From positions 49,704-113,703 of the forward strand of contig DF237229.1 in the NCBI GenBank assembly GCA_000708835.1: a stretch of DNA of 64,000 bases, read 5' to 3'. The position numbers were made by a program, and so were the translations under genes. The DNA comes from Klebsormidium nitens. Taxonomy: Eukaryota; Plantae; Klebsormidiophyceae. Shown piece after piece: positions 11,225 through 22,294 of this stretch (its first letter is position 1; every line of letters begins with the position of its first letter). The notes beneath the pieces are model-generated. The model made no database searches and was not told the origin of the DNA. It saw only the letters and a program-made list of their open reading frames with translations.

Positions 11225-12926
11225 TCACCCGTGGTTCCCGTACCTCCCGGCCGCCTCACCCCGCTCATTGGTGCGTACCGGCGGGCCCGTGGCTTTCTTG
11301 AGGTACTCGATGACGTCAGCCCGGTCCTTGGGTTCGGGGAGGCCCTCGAAGTCCATCTTGGTGCCCTGCACGTACTTCTGCGGGTTCTCCAGCCAGACGT
11401 ACAACGTCTCCTCGTTCCAGATTGTGCCCTGCGGAGAACGAGACGAGAGTCGCTTCAGGGCCCTTTGAAGGCCAATCGATAATTTGGAAACACATCTGTA
11501 AACGAACACTCAACAAAATCCTGATCGACGTGGGGCGGTTGAGGAAAATCAGACGCAATTTTCGTCGACTTTGGCGACCAGCTCTTGCCTCCGTTAAAGA
11601 GCGAATAGCCTAACGACACGCGTTTAGATTCAATCCATGTACCGACCATGATGTCAACTAGAGCCGTCATTTTTCTTTTCTTCAACGGACCGCTGGTGCT
11701 GGCCTGCCAATGCAGGGCATACCGTACACAGGCAGCCTTTTTTCAAGAGCACCGAAATGCACGTTGTTTGCAATAGGAAAGAAAATTTGAATTGTAGCAA
11801 TTTAATAAGTCCCAATGCTTTTGACTCATAAGCCTCGCCAAGAATGACGGCACCCTGACAACTCTACGAGTGTTCCCACCGGGGGCCGGAATCGGTTGTT
11901 TTTCTGGCCGAATTGCCGGTTCCAGAACCTTGCCGCACCAAAAGCATCTCGACTTCTTCACGAAGAAAAACCACATCTGCTTAGAGATTCTTATAGGAAC
12001 CACTTCACACACTCGGACCATTATGCGTCTCATTCGAGAGGTGGACACCCACCTTCAGCTGGAGTGCTTGTGAGTAACCCCGAGGGAAGTCGGGAAGCCT
12101 CCCTGACCTACACAAACCGAGGCAGGCTGAGAGTGAGCAACCTTCAAGTATTTGAAACGGCGCTTTGTGAAAGTTCGAGAAGGAACTCCTTTGCAACGCT
12201 ATCTATTCAAATGCACACTACGGACGGTGCAATCTGCGACAAGTTCCGAAAACGCTGCACTGTCATGAAAGCTACTAAATGACGTACAGGATCAGATACC
12301 CTGAGCTCTTAACCTGCCAATCAAGTGGGGTGCTCATTTTCGAGCAGAATTTTTTGGAAGGGGTTCCAAAGACAGGTAGCCTTTCCTTAACCCGGTGCAT
12401 GCAGCAACACAGTTGTTCAGACCTCATCCCTGTCTTGAGCCCAGACTCATCAGAGCGAGCATCCTCTAGCTGTATTTGGAATCAAGAGTATTTAGAATAC
12501 TAAGAAAGCCTAAGTAGAGCAGATTCTGTGCAAGTTACAGCGCAGCAGCTCTACAACCCCCATCTTCACCTCCCGCCACCTCTCCCATTTGATTACCAAC
12601 CCTCCTCCCCAGCACACCCCTCTCAGCACCTTCCCACTGGCAACATTTAAGTGCTTTGACTTCTGAACGCCAGTTGCCCAAATGTGCACCCAGCCTTTCG
12701 CTGCATGACCTGGAAACCCCCTGGTCTTATCTGCGCGCATGCCCTCTCACCTTCTCCCAAACAGTCCCCACAGGTTTGGCGCTTTGGGTCCATGGGAGTC
12801 TGGCCCCGTTGCATTCGGGTTAATGGCGTGGCACTTGGCACACGTCTGCTTGTAGATCTCCTCCCCTCGTTGTGGATCCCCTTGGGGAGCTTTGGAAAAA
12901 TCCTTGTCCGCGCCCGCCCGTGACAT
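11225..12926 (-). CDS. Divergent class I cytochrome c, 3 exons (12926-12751, 12107-12053, 11428-11225), 144 aa
   Basis: The spliced protein has [18 protein letters not shown] (CxxCH), [18 protein letters not shown] and [13 protein letters not shown] (Met80 ligand). Splice phases 2 and 0 are consistent. Confidence 0.93.
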
Positions 12927-14425
12927 TGCCCCTCGCAGCTGGTAAGACGTGCTAATGTGGGTATACTATGATCTGATTGATTGGACTTCAGATCGCCTCA
13001 ATCTTTAGTTGCTATATCGCATCAAGGCCCACTTCACTAGAGGCGCTCTGCAACTAACCCCAATGTAGCTTAAGGTGCATGCAGCAGATTTAGAAGGTTC
13101 AAATGCAAACAGAACCTTGAACTCTTGAACTGTCACGAGACAGAGTCAAAACACTAGTTTCAGTCCTTGCTGATGATAAATGATCGGAGTGAGTCTGCCT
13201 TGGTTGTCTAGCTTCAAAGAATCAGCTCTAACGTTCCGGAACAGCAATGCAACTGCGGTAGATGTCAGGTTCGCATCCTGCGGTGGTTGCAATGATGGTC
13301 CGAAGCTGGGCCAATAGATTGATTGAATTTCAATACGTGACTCTCGCGCCCCTCGTGCCCCAAATCGAAACCCTGTCCAGGTCCCCTTCCGCTGCAAGAA
13401 GGACAAAAGCAGAATCAGGAAAGCTCGTCAACGCAATCAATAAGATTATTAGAAAGCTGGCAGGGTCTGCAAGAGGAGTAACGTCTGTGCATGTGCCGTG
13501 GATGTAGCTGCGTAGAGCAATGCTACGCAAGGCTACCTATAGTCCTATCTCATGATCCTCCATCGGCAGCAAGTTTACGGGGCTGCAGGGGCGCCTCAAT
13601 GGTCAGACTGCTATGACAGGTGGCGGAGTGCATGATGCTCAACGTCAAGCCAAGGCAAATTCGAGCCGGGGGGATCCCTCAAGCGGCGTCTCAGACTCAG
13701 ATGACCACACTGGAAGTCCACACTGCGCGCGCGGCTTGTTTCACCGGCCGCGTGCTGGCCGCCCAGCTCGGCGTCCATGCACGGTCACTCGCGCTCAATG
13801 AAATTCTGACTAGAATGAGCAGCCGTCCCGCCTAGCATGCAGCGTTCCAAGTGCCTGGCCGGCAGAGCTACGGTATATGTTGGAAGCCAGCGCACTTGAT
13901 TAAGCTGGCTCGGCCACTCAGGTGACAAATCTTGCAGCTGGGCCGTCTTCATCCTCTTGCCACGTCATGGATATGTGCAACTAGCGCAACAGCTAGTGAC
14001 ACATAACTTAAGTCAGCAACTGACTGGAAGCAATGCGCATGGGTTGCGATATTGCATAGTACAGAATCTATCGATCCATTGTTGGAGGCAATCACTTTTC
14101 GAGGCTAGGAACTTACATCAGTTCTGACAATGATACACATGCATCTTCATGCGCATGCCACCTTGGCAGGGCTGCACGCAGCTCTCCATATCAGGATATG
14201 CACATGCATAGTAACTGTCCCGCTCGAATCGCAGACTGCCTGCAACTATGTGCGCAATGCAGACCCTAACTTGCTGGTGGTTTGCTTGGATCTCCTCCGT
14301 ACAGTTTGCACTATCGGATCGACATTGTGGTCACTTCAACATTGGAGCATCATCATCAATCACAATGCAGAGTGCCAACTTGTCATGATTGAGTTGCAAC
14401 GGTCCTGAACGGCGAGGGGCTCAGC

Positions 14426-17400
14426 TCAACTCTTCACCTCCTTTATCAAGGTCGTGGAAACCACCAGTCCGTCAAGGTCGTAGGTCCTGATCAATCTCGA
14501 ACGGTGGCCCGGGTTAACTATCCAGGACATTTCGAAGTAGAACGATTGCCCGGGCTTCACGTTGAGCGGACACGTAACAGCGATGCCCCCGGGTAGTAGC
14601 GTGGTTTGCAGGCCGCCAGGGTACAGGATGACGGACCCGTCTAGAGACGCCGTGGACTTCAACTCAAAACCGCTGGGACCCATCTTGAGCACCTGTCGGG
14701 ATTACGAGCAGTGCGTCAACAAGCAGTGCGTCAAGAGAGACAACAAGGATCGTATCTGCTTGCGCAGGCGACTGCATAGAGAAAACTTAGAAGCCTCTAC
14801 GTAAGAAGGGGCACCCATGCAGGGTACTACTGGGCCTTTTACATGGACAAGTGGTTACTGAATGGATTCACCAGCAATTATGAGTAGGCCTCTTATTTGA
14901 CGTATTGTACCAAACTTCAAAACTTTTGAACCTACAAAAAGAGCGCTGACACAGTACCGAGTATCCACAAAGGTACTTAAAGCGTCTGCATCGAATCCTC
15001 ACCTGTTCTAAAGTGCCCTCCGGTCCTTTCGTATAAGTGATGGACGAATCGTACTCTGTGACAGTGCCCCCGTACAGCGCCGTCCGCCGACTCGAGGCGC
15101 GGCCCTTCCACTTTCCTAGCAACGCGTCAATCCGACTTCCCGGGTCGTCTTGCTGCGTTCAAAGAGAGCGGATCAGGATGGCTGTCAGAGAAATTGGAGC
15201 TTCCCAAAGTTCGTACATCCAAGAAAACAACCCCCTTTCTCAACCTAAAGATGCTTCGTGCCGTTGTTTTCGGAATTTCTGCAGCCGGGTTTACAGGTCT
15301 GGTGAGGAGCCCAAGGAAGGCACATCACGATGGTTTCCGACGGGTGCGCTGGACCGGCGGCTCGCTTCCTCATTCTGGAGCAGCCCAAACTTCACAAGCC
15401 ACGAAGCGTCTCTGTCTGGTGAGCGTGAATTAGTGATCACGAACCCCATCCTGGCGTGCTGGCAACGACGTCAAAACGGAGTCTGCTTGCCGAAGCCGGA
15501 GCAAGTAAAGCCATACACTTCAAAATGGTACCTTAAGAGGACAAACGACCACGCAGAGCTGCAGTCGGGCAAGTAGGGACTACATCAGCATAAAAAAGCC
15601 TATGTCCTCTGATACATCGGAATCCTCGGCCCCTTCTGCTCAGGAAGGGAGAGGGAGATGGATCTATCTCACGAACAGAATCAGTTTTTAGAAACGAAAG
15701 CTGTGAAGAAGAACTTTGTAGAGCTGGCCTCACCGTTTCCAGCTCTTCACCTTCCGTCTTGCTCTCGACGAACACGCCAATCTGGTCCAGCAGGCCGCGC
15801 GTGTCCAACACGTGTATGGCGCGCACGCGTCGGTCGCCGCTGTCCGAATGGAGGCAACATTCGCTCACCAGAGCGGGGCGCTCCGAAGGATAGCGAACAG
15901 TCCTGGGCACAGAGGGAGAGAGCTCTTAGAATCGTCTTCTTGTCGTCTGGCCTCTGACAATCTGACAATCGTTGTGAAGACGAGGCGATCTTGATTTGAA
16001 TTTGGTGATTGACGCTCGCTTTCCGCAAGAAGCAGAATGCGAATGTAGCGGTGCAGGTTTGATTGAACTATCTCAATGGACCTTCCAATAGAAGGAAAGG
16101 ATGACACAGCTAAGTCGCCTGCAGACTTGTTCGAGATAGGGGAGAAGAAAAACGGTCGTTGTTGCAGAATCGCCACATCTTGCTACTCGGAGAGCAAATC
16201 GCATCAAAGCAACTTTTGACCACGGTGTCTTTTGGCAGTAAACCCTCAGACCAAACGGTCAGTAGCTGTGTCCACTCTTGAAGCTACAACAACACAACAG
16301 ATTGGGCTCTGCATTAATGACACCACCTACAATGAAGTGGGCACTGGGCAGAGCTGGGAGGAGGAATAGCATGTAGGATATGAGAATCGAATCTTGACGA
16401 AGCATTAATTTGCGAAGAAACACAATTCGTCTAGGTGATTGACCGTTTGGTTGTAACGTAGTACCTGTCAATGTCTTCTCCGTCCTTTTTCTTGGACAGC
16501 CCTTTCCTTAAGAGTGCGTCCAGTGCTTCTGCAGTTTGGTGTGACAGCGAGAAGGCGCCATCACCAGGAAAGTAACTCAGCTGTCAGAAGAACAGGAACG
16601 AGACTTAGCATGTTGAAGATTCGAATATAAGGGTGGGTTTTTGACTGCTTGGGGCCCGGGAAACACTGATGGCTGCGTCCACTTCTTTGAACATTCAAAG
16701 ACGTTTACGGCAAGGCAGCTTTTCAGAAAGCACTGCAATTCTTTATGTAGGTGCCGCCTCCACAAGATGGTGGTTCAAGATAAGACGTCTGTGCCGTTGC
16801 CTTCCCTGCGATGCAAGGATTCAGAATCTGACATAGGTTTCCCATCCTCTCAAAGGGAAAGTGGATTAACCACAGGCTTGATGGTGCTTAGCGTCACAAA
16901 CCTGGTCAGGGCCCACTTACCTGCTGAGAGTCACCTAGCGAAGTGCGGCTGCTGTGCAAATCAAAGACCGACTCAGAATCTGACGCGCTGGCAGCTCCCA
17001 CAGCTTGATCCTGAACCTTCAACCTACAAAGAATGAATCAATGTTGACAAGAATGACAAAAGACACCTGTCTCAGGAATATCTACGGCCAGGAGGTGCTT
17101 GATCAGCCCAGAAGCATCATAACTCATGCCCTAAGAATCACATCATCAGCTTCAAGAGGCATAAGAACTGGAAACCTTTGACCACCACCACCATCATCAG
17201 ATGAACCCTGACTGTTTGCTTTGAGTCATTGGGATTGATAATATTGTCTCATTTGCCCGCACCTCTGTTGCATCATCAGGTCATCCGCTGTTCCGCTGGA
17301 CGTGACTTCCATGGTCGTTTGGATGCTCTCCAGGACCTTGCCGAATGCATTGAATTGCTGCACATGAGGTTGACTGGATGATTGGTGGCTAGCTCAGAAA

Positions 17401-17999
17401 ACTGTCAATTCTACTGAGGAGCACATTTGAATTATGGTGATGCAATAAGAGTTGCTGTCGACAGGTGCGTCCAACACGTCAGCCCAGCATCTTTCAACCA
17501 CTTGCAGCGATCACGCCCTCACTCACTCAGTCCGGGTGGTAAATATGTTAAGAGCCTCAGAGCTTGAGCGGAAGGCAAGAGTCTTGCTGATGGTCGTGCT
17601 CACATAAAACGTGCCACTCCAGGTCCCGCAGTTCAACTGGACGAACGCAGGAAATGCTGCTGAAGCATCCATATGCCACTTTGCAATGCTGCAGGCAACT
17701 CTCCTTGACTGTCTAGCGCCCCAAGCGAAAGAGGTGCCTAGAAAATGAGAAGCAGGCAACTTGCTTTGCTCTTGTGCCAAGTCACACCAGTCGTGAAGCT
17801 GGTTTGTACCTCTGAGGACGTCTTGGTGGTGAAAAAAGGACGAATGTCGCTCTGGAAATCTGTTACAGGTTGGCAGCTTCCAATGCCGCATGTTTGCTGA
17901 CTGCGGTCGCCGTGCATTTGTCAAAGCAGACCTTGCGCAAGTTGATATTAATGGCCAGCTCCCCCTGCTTCTGAGTGAGTACATGCTAGCTGCCTCCAT
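14426..17999 (-). CDS. DUF3598-like protein with probable plastid transit peptide, about 8 exons
   Basis: Exons encode FVQLNCGTWSGTFY|QFNAFGKVLE, FPGDGAFS, GDRRVRAIHVLDTRGLLDQI, LGKWKG and LLPGGIAVTCPLNVKPGQSFYFEMSWIVNPGHRSRLIRTYDLDGLVVSTTLIKE. This resembles the cyanobacterial/plant DUF3598 pattern as I recall it. The boundaries of one internal exon (~15300-15420) are unresolved. Confidence 0.72.
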
Positions 18000-18275
18000 T
18001 GCTTATAAGATTAGCGCTGCTGCTGCCACTAGCTAGCAATCAGTGAGAGTGTTAGCGGCAGAGGCTGCAGGAAGTTGTTTTGTTGGCGCCTGCCAGCAAC
18101 CGTACCGGCCGAGCCAGTTACTGAGGTAAAACCATCAAAGTAGACTCCTTTTGTTAGTGTCTCCGCCACTCTGATTGGTGTGAATTACTCCCAACCCACC
18201 TGGAAGCACCTGAAGGGTGACAATTATTGCAGTCTGTCAGTGGTTACGGGAGTGGTTACAACGTTGACAATGAGA

Positions 18276-18315
18276 CTGACATCGACATTGACATCGACGT
18301 TGACATTGACATTAA
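18276..18315 (+). repeat. Imperfect hexamer tandem repeat (TTGACA/TCGACA)n
   Basis: CTGACATCGACATTGACATCGACGTTGACATTGACATTAAC read directly from the sequence. Confidence 0.8.
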
Positions 18316-18499
18316 CCCGGGGCACTTACTTTGACATTAGGGTTACGTTGCAAACCTGTGACGGTTCACGCCAATCGACGAGCGCTTTGTTAGGGTTACG
18401 CCATTCCCAGTGACATTAGGGTTACTCACTGACAGAGACAACCGGGCAGAGTTCTTTTAGTTTTAGTGTTGTAGGCCATTTATCCTGACCCGGTTCCAT

Positions 18500-18586
18500 C
18501 CGTACTAGAATCCGTACCGCAAAGTGTACGGTAAAACCTGAAATTCTGACGCATTTTTGTTCAAAGGACCTGAGCTGACAGTACGG
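18500..18586. promoter_or_regulatory. Cluster of four CCGTAC/GTACGG motifs (SBP-box/SPL consensus containing the GTAC copper-response core)
   Basis: CCGTAC at 18500 and 18512; GTACGG at 18526 and 18581; about 500 bp upstream of the DUF3598-like ATG. Function is inferred only. Confidence 0.45.
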
Positions 18587-18922
18587 TCCACGCGGATACC
18601 CTGTGAACCTATGATCCCGCGTGTAAGATGTTTTCACACTTTTTGGGAGCCTGAGACACTAACAAAAGGAGTCTACTTCGTCGTACTTGCGTTACTGAGT
18701 ACTCCCTACATGCACATGTATAGCTAGCGCCCGCCGCCACACCGCGCGTGGCCTCGTCCGGTTCCGCGGCCGCGCCGTTATGCGCGCCGCGCGCGTAACG
18801 CGGCCGGCTTGGCGCAGAAACCCTGCAACGACCGGCCGGCGGCCGGCCGGCCAGCTGCACAGTGCACAGTGCACATGTGACACATGTCCACATCGACACT
18901 GGACAGCTACGGTAGTAGCATC

Positions 18923-19667
18923 TGCATAATGGAGCATAATGGATCAGTCACAACAGTGTTTCTTTACGGCGCTGTCATCCAGGTCGGGCATCCATGATCC
19001 AGGCAACTCCTGCGAGTCCCTTGGACCCTTGTTAAATGGCCGAGGCCCAATTGCGGTAACCCTGGGGTTACGTAAGTCAGGAATCAGGATACTGACGTGA
19101 ATTACTGAGAGGCTTGTCTCCTAAGATTCAGAAGCCCCGGGCAGAGGGGCAGTACCACAACTAGGTACCTAAAACCCCTTAAACCCAAAAACGCGCTCCG
19201 CACCCCTACCCAACTAAACCAACCCTACCCGTCCCGACTCCCCCACCCTAGACCTTGTTAGACAATGGACTCGATCGGGAGTTCCGCAATTCCGCATTCG
19301 ATGTTTATCAGTGCATAATGGTATAATGGAGCATTTCAAAGTGTTTCTTTCGGGCGCTGACATCGTGCTGACATCCAGGTCTGATAGATGTCTTCACAAC
19401 AGTATCCTGTCTTACGTAACCCCAGGGTTACCGCAGAATTGCTACATACGCATTAGAGGCGAATTCAAGGTAACTCGAGCTATGTAACTAACCGCATGTA
19501 GCTGGCCTAACTTTTTTCACGCCAAGCCAGGCGCTATCCATGCTGTAAAAACCGGGAATGTAGAAACAACTTCACTGCGCTGGCAGCCTGGCACTTTCAA
19601 CTGCATAATGGAGCATTAAGTGATTGGGCGTTTCCTTCTTCAAGTTTTTGGCGCTGACATCCAGGTC
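18923..19667 (+). repeat. Three dispersed direct copies of a bipartite ~65-bp motif (TGCATAATGG(A)GCAT ... GGCGCTG(A/T)CATCCAGGTC)
   Basis: Copies at 18923-18985, 19312-19381 and 19602-19667. Confidence 0.85.
19052..19435. repeat. Perfect 25-bp inverted repeat plus an inner 10-bp inverted repeat around a ~300-bp spacer (MITE-like)
   Basis: 19052-19076 TGCGGTAACCCTGGGGTTACGTAAG is the exact reverse complement of 19411-19435. CAGGATACTG (19085-19094) pairs with CAGTATCCTG (19400-19409). No clear target-site duplication. Confidence 0.8.
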
Positions 19668-20752
19668 TGTGCAGTGCAGACTCCAGTGTGCACCTGTTCG
19701 CAGAGTCGGGCTGCGCCACTAAGTGGCAGCCGCTTCCCCCGCGCGTTTCCTGTTGTTGTATTGTTCGATACTGTCGTGATTCGTGAATGCTCCGGAGTCC
19801 AGACTCCAGAGTCCAATGGCAGATTCACTAGGTCAAAACTTTTCAACAGTATCCCGCTTGACTTCTGCTGTATTGCATTGCCTGGGCCCTGGACGGTCAA
19901 TCGCAGGCCCTGTGCAGGACCTGTGCACAGTCAATATTTTTCGGCCGTTTCAGGGGGACCACGCGCGTACGTGGTACGTACCAAGTAAATAATAAGATCA
20001 CAAGAGCTCTCGCTTTGATGACAGTTATTTTTATCGACGGCGGGTGCTAAGCTGTAGGCTACCCTGTGTACGGTTGTCATATTGACCCATGGGTACTTTG
20101 ATTCCTGACAGTGATTCCGACGAATCACGTGAGCTGAGCACGATCCGGCACTGTAGTTACTATGCAGCCCCACCGGCAGAAGGTCGAACCACCTAGAGGC
20201 TAGAAAGAGGCTAGGTTTCGTCGATCGCTAGACGTAGCAGAAGCAGAACAGTAGAACAGTAGAAAACAGACAAGCTAGAAGCCTATGCAGGGCCTATGCA
20301 AACATGCTAGCCTTCATGTAGTAAGACAAGTCGTTTGCGCCCCATTCGACGACGAAAGCATGGGAGATTCGTTTGCATAATACATCGATGCGTACTTCTG
20401 TTTGCATTTAATATACATCATGGATGGAAACCGCCTCAAGGCTCAAAGCCTGTGCGTATACTTTTCAAGAATCAAGGGCATGGGCAGATCCGGTTTGCAT
20501 TTGATGCTTCAGAATCAGCAGCTCTGAAACTGGGGAAGCCTCTTCCATGCAGCTACCATTGGGGCAGTTAGTGCTCACACGACCAAGAAGGTTTTGAGTG
20601 CAGCCTCAGTGCTATAAAGGCAGCTCGCAAGTCCATCGACGGTTATTCACAACTCGCCATTCTCGCAAGCAAGCAAGCAACTCCGCAGCTCTTCTCCAGA
20701 GACACCAGATCTTCTTCCTCACCTACACTACATAGTCCAAGTGCTAGCTGCT

Positions 20753-22294
20753 ATGGCGTCCAGCTCAGCCCTGTCGGTCCTTGTTGCCCTTGTGCTTGTG
20801 GCCGCCCTGAGTGTGCCTACGTCCGGCTCTGAAGCAGCGGACAGCTGGGACATGTCCCACGTCCACCCCGGCCTTTCCAGGGAGCTCCTGGCTACACCTG
20901 TTGCCGGTAAGAAGACTCTGGCAAGGTTGACCATTTGCTAATAATCCTGATCATTGACGTCCTGCCCTCCCTACTGGACCTGAATCAGCGAAGATGTGTT
21001 GTGAAGTTGCGAAGATGGATCTTAATTATGTGTAAGTTGGGTTCCAATTTGATAATGCTTCCTTTGCCTGCAATGACACCCTCTCGAATCTCCCATAGCA
21101 AGAATGTGTAAGACAGCCGAGTCTAATCAGATCATCATGAACAAAGACGTGTTCTTGCTGTTCGAACGTTTCCAGGCAGCTTGATTATGCAGGATCAAAT
21201 ACTTTCACCGTTTCTATCACACTTTTTCCCTCCTGCATCGCTTCAGACTGTCCTCGGCTCTCCCTCAATCCTCTCTTCTACTACTAGTAGGCTACACTTG
21301 TTTGTCTGCCTGTTATGTACCGCCTCACTGGCAGATCCAGGAAGCAGGAAGCTTCTTGGTAGAAGATCCGGCTACTTCCCAGCAGGGAATCATCTCTCTT
21401 TGTGCTTGCCAGCGCCAATCTGCAGAAGCCAACCTCGCGTTCCTTCGATCTTGAACTGATCCTTGATTCGGCAGCTTGTTGACTTGTTAACAAGAACAAG
21501 AACAAGAACAAGTTGCTGAGCTCGTTTCAAACCTCGTCCCCCCCTTATTTTCCAAGGCTGTGTCTGCCCCCCCGGTACTGGCGGCGTCAACTGTGATGTG
21601 TGCCCAGCGGGCACCTTCTCTCCTGGGGGCCCCCCATCCTCCACCAACTGCAACCCTTGCCCCGACTTCTCCATAGCGCCCAGGCCAGGGTTCGGCAAGT
21701 GCAGAGCGTGCGCCGCCGGGCAGGGCACAAACCTTGCCAGAACCAAGTGCTGTGAGTATTTCCTGAGTCCTCTTACATAGGAGGGACAAGTTCTCCTGGA
21801 AGATTGTTTTCCTGAAGATTAATCTCTGCAGAGATTGTTCTCCTGATTGGCAATCAAGGTTCTGGGCTTTCGGGCTTGCCAGGTGCGAGAACGCACTTAC
21901 CCAGGACAGTGATGTCACAAAGAACAAAGCAGCTAGTCCACCTTTTGATGACGTTGCAACGGTTCCTAGCAAGGCGTTCCCAGGTGACTCTTTGCTTCAG
22001 CAATTATCCAGACGTCACTAGCTTCTGATGCGTTGCATTTGCTCAATAAAGATATATATGAAACGTTTCTTGAGAGCACTAATGCTAGCAGTCGGCAAGG
22101 AGATGATGGTCTGATATTTAGTGCGTAAATCTGATCCTATCCATCGCTCGTGCCCTGCAGTTGCTTGCTCGGGGGGGCCCCTCGCACCTTTCCCTTGCAA
22201 CAAACCCCAATTTGGCGGTAACCCCCAGGCGTGCCCTGGCTGCCAGGGAGATAACAGCATCGGCTGCTGCATTCCCGGGACGTATTGCTGCTAA
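20753..22294 (+). CDS. Secreted cysteine-rich protein: signal peptide, pro-region with RELL/RKLL, and TNFR/ephrin-receptor-like Cys repeats; 4 exons (20753-20906, 21335-21358, 21557-21751, 22161-22294), 168 aa
   Basis: Hydrophobic N-terminus (ALSVLVALVLVAALSV). Three phase-1 GT-AG junctions join into an open frame: SRKLLGCVCPPGTGGVNCDVCPAGTFSPGG...ACPGCQGDNSIGCCIPGTYCC-stop. Confidence 0.82.
21489..21512 (+). repeat. (AACAAG)4 microsatellite in an intron
   Basis: Read directly from the sequence. Confidence 0.9.

Noticed and set aside
12290-12315. Possible cytochrome c micro-exon VKSSG
   Set aside because: Its splice phase is incompatible with the last exon; exon 12107-12053 fits both neighbours exactly.
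13146-13835. Short ORFs between the cytochrome c and DUF3598-like genes
   Set aside because: No motifs and no consistent splice model.
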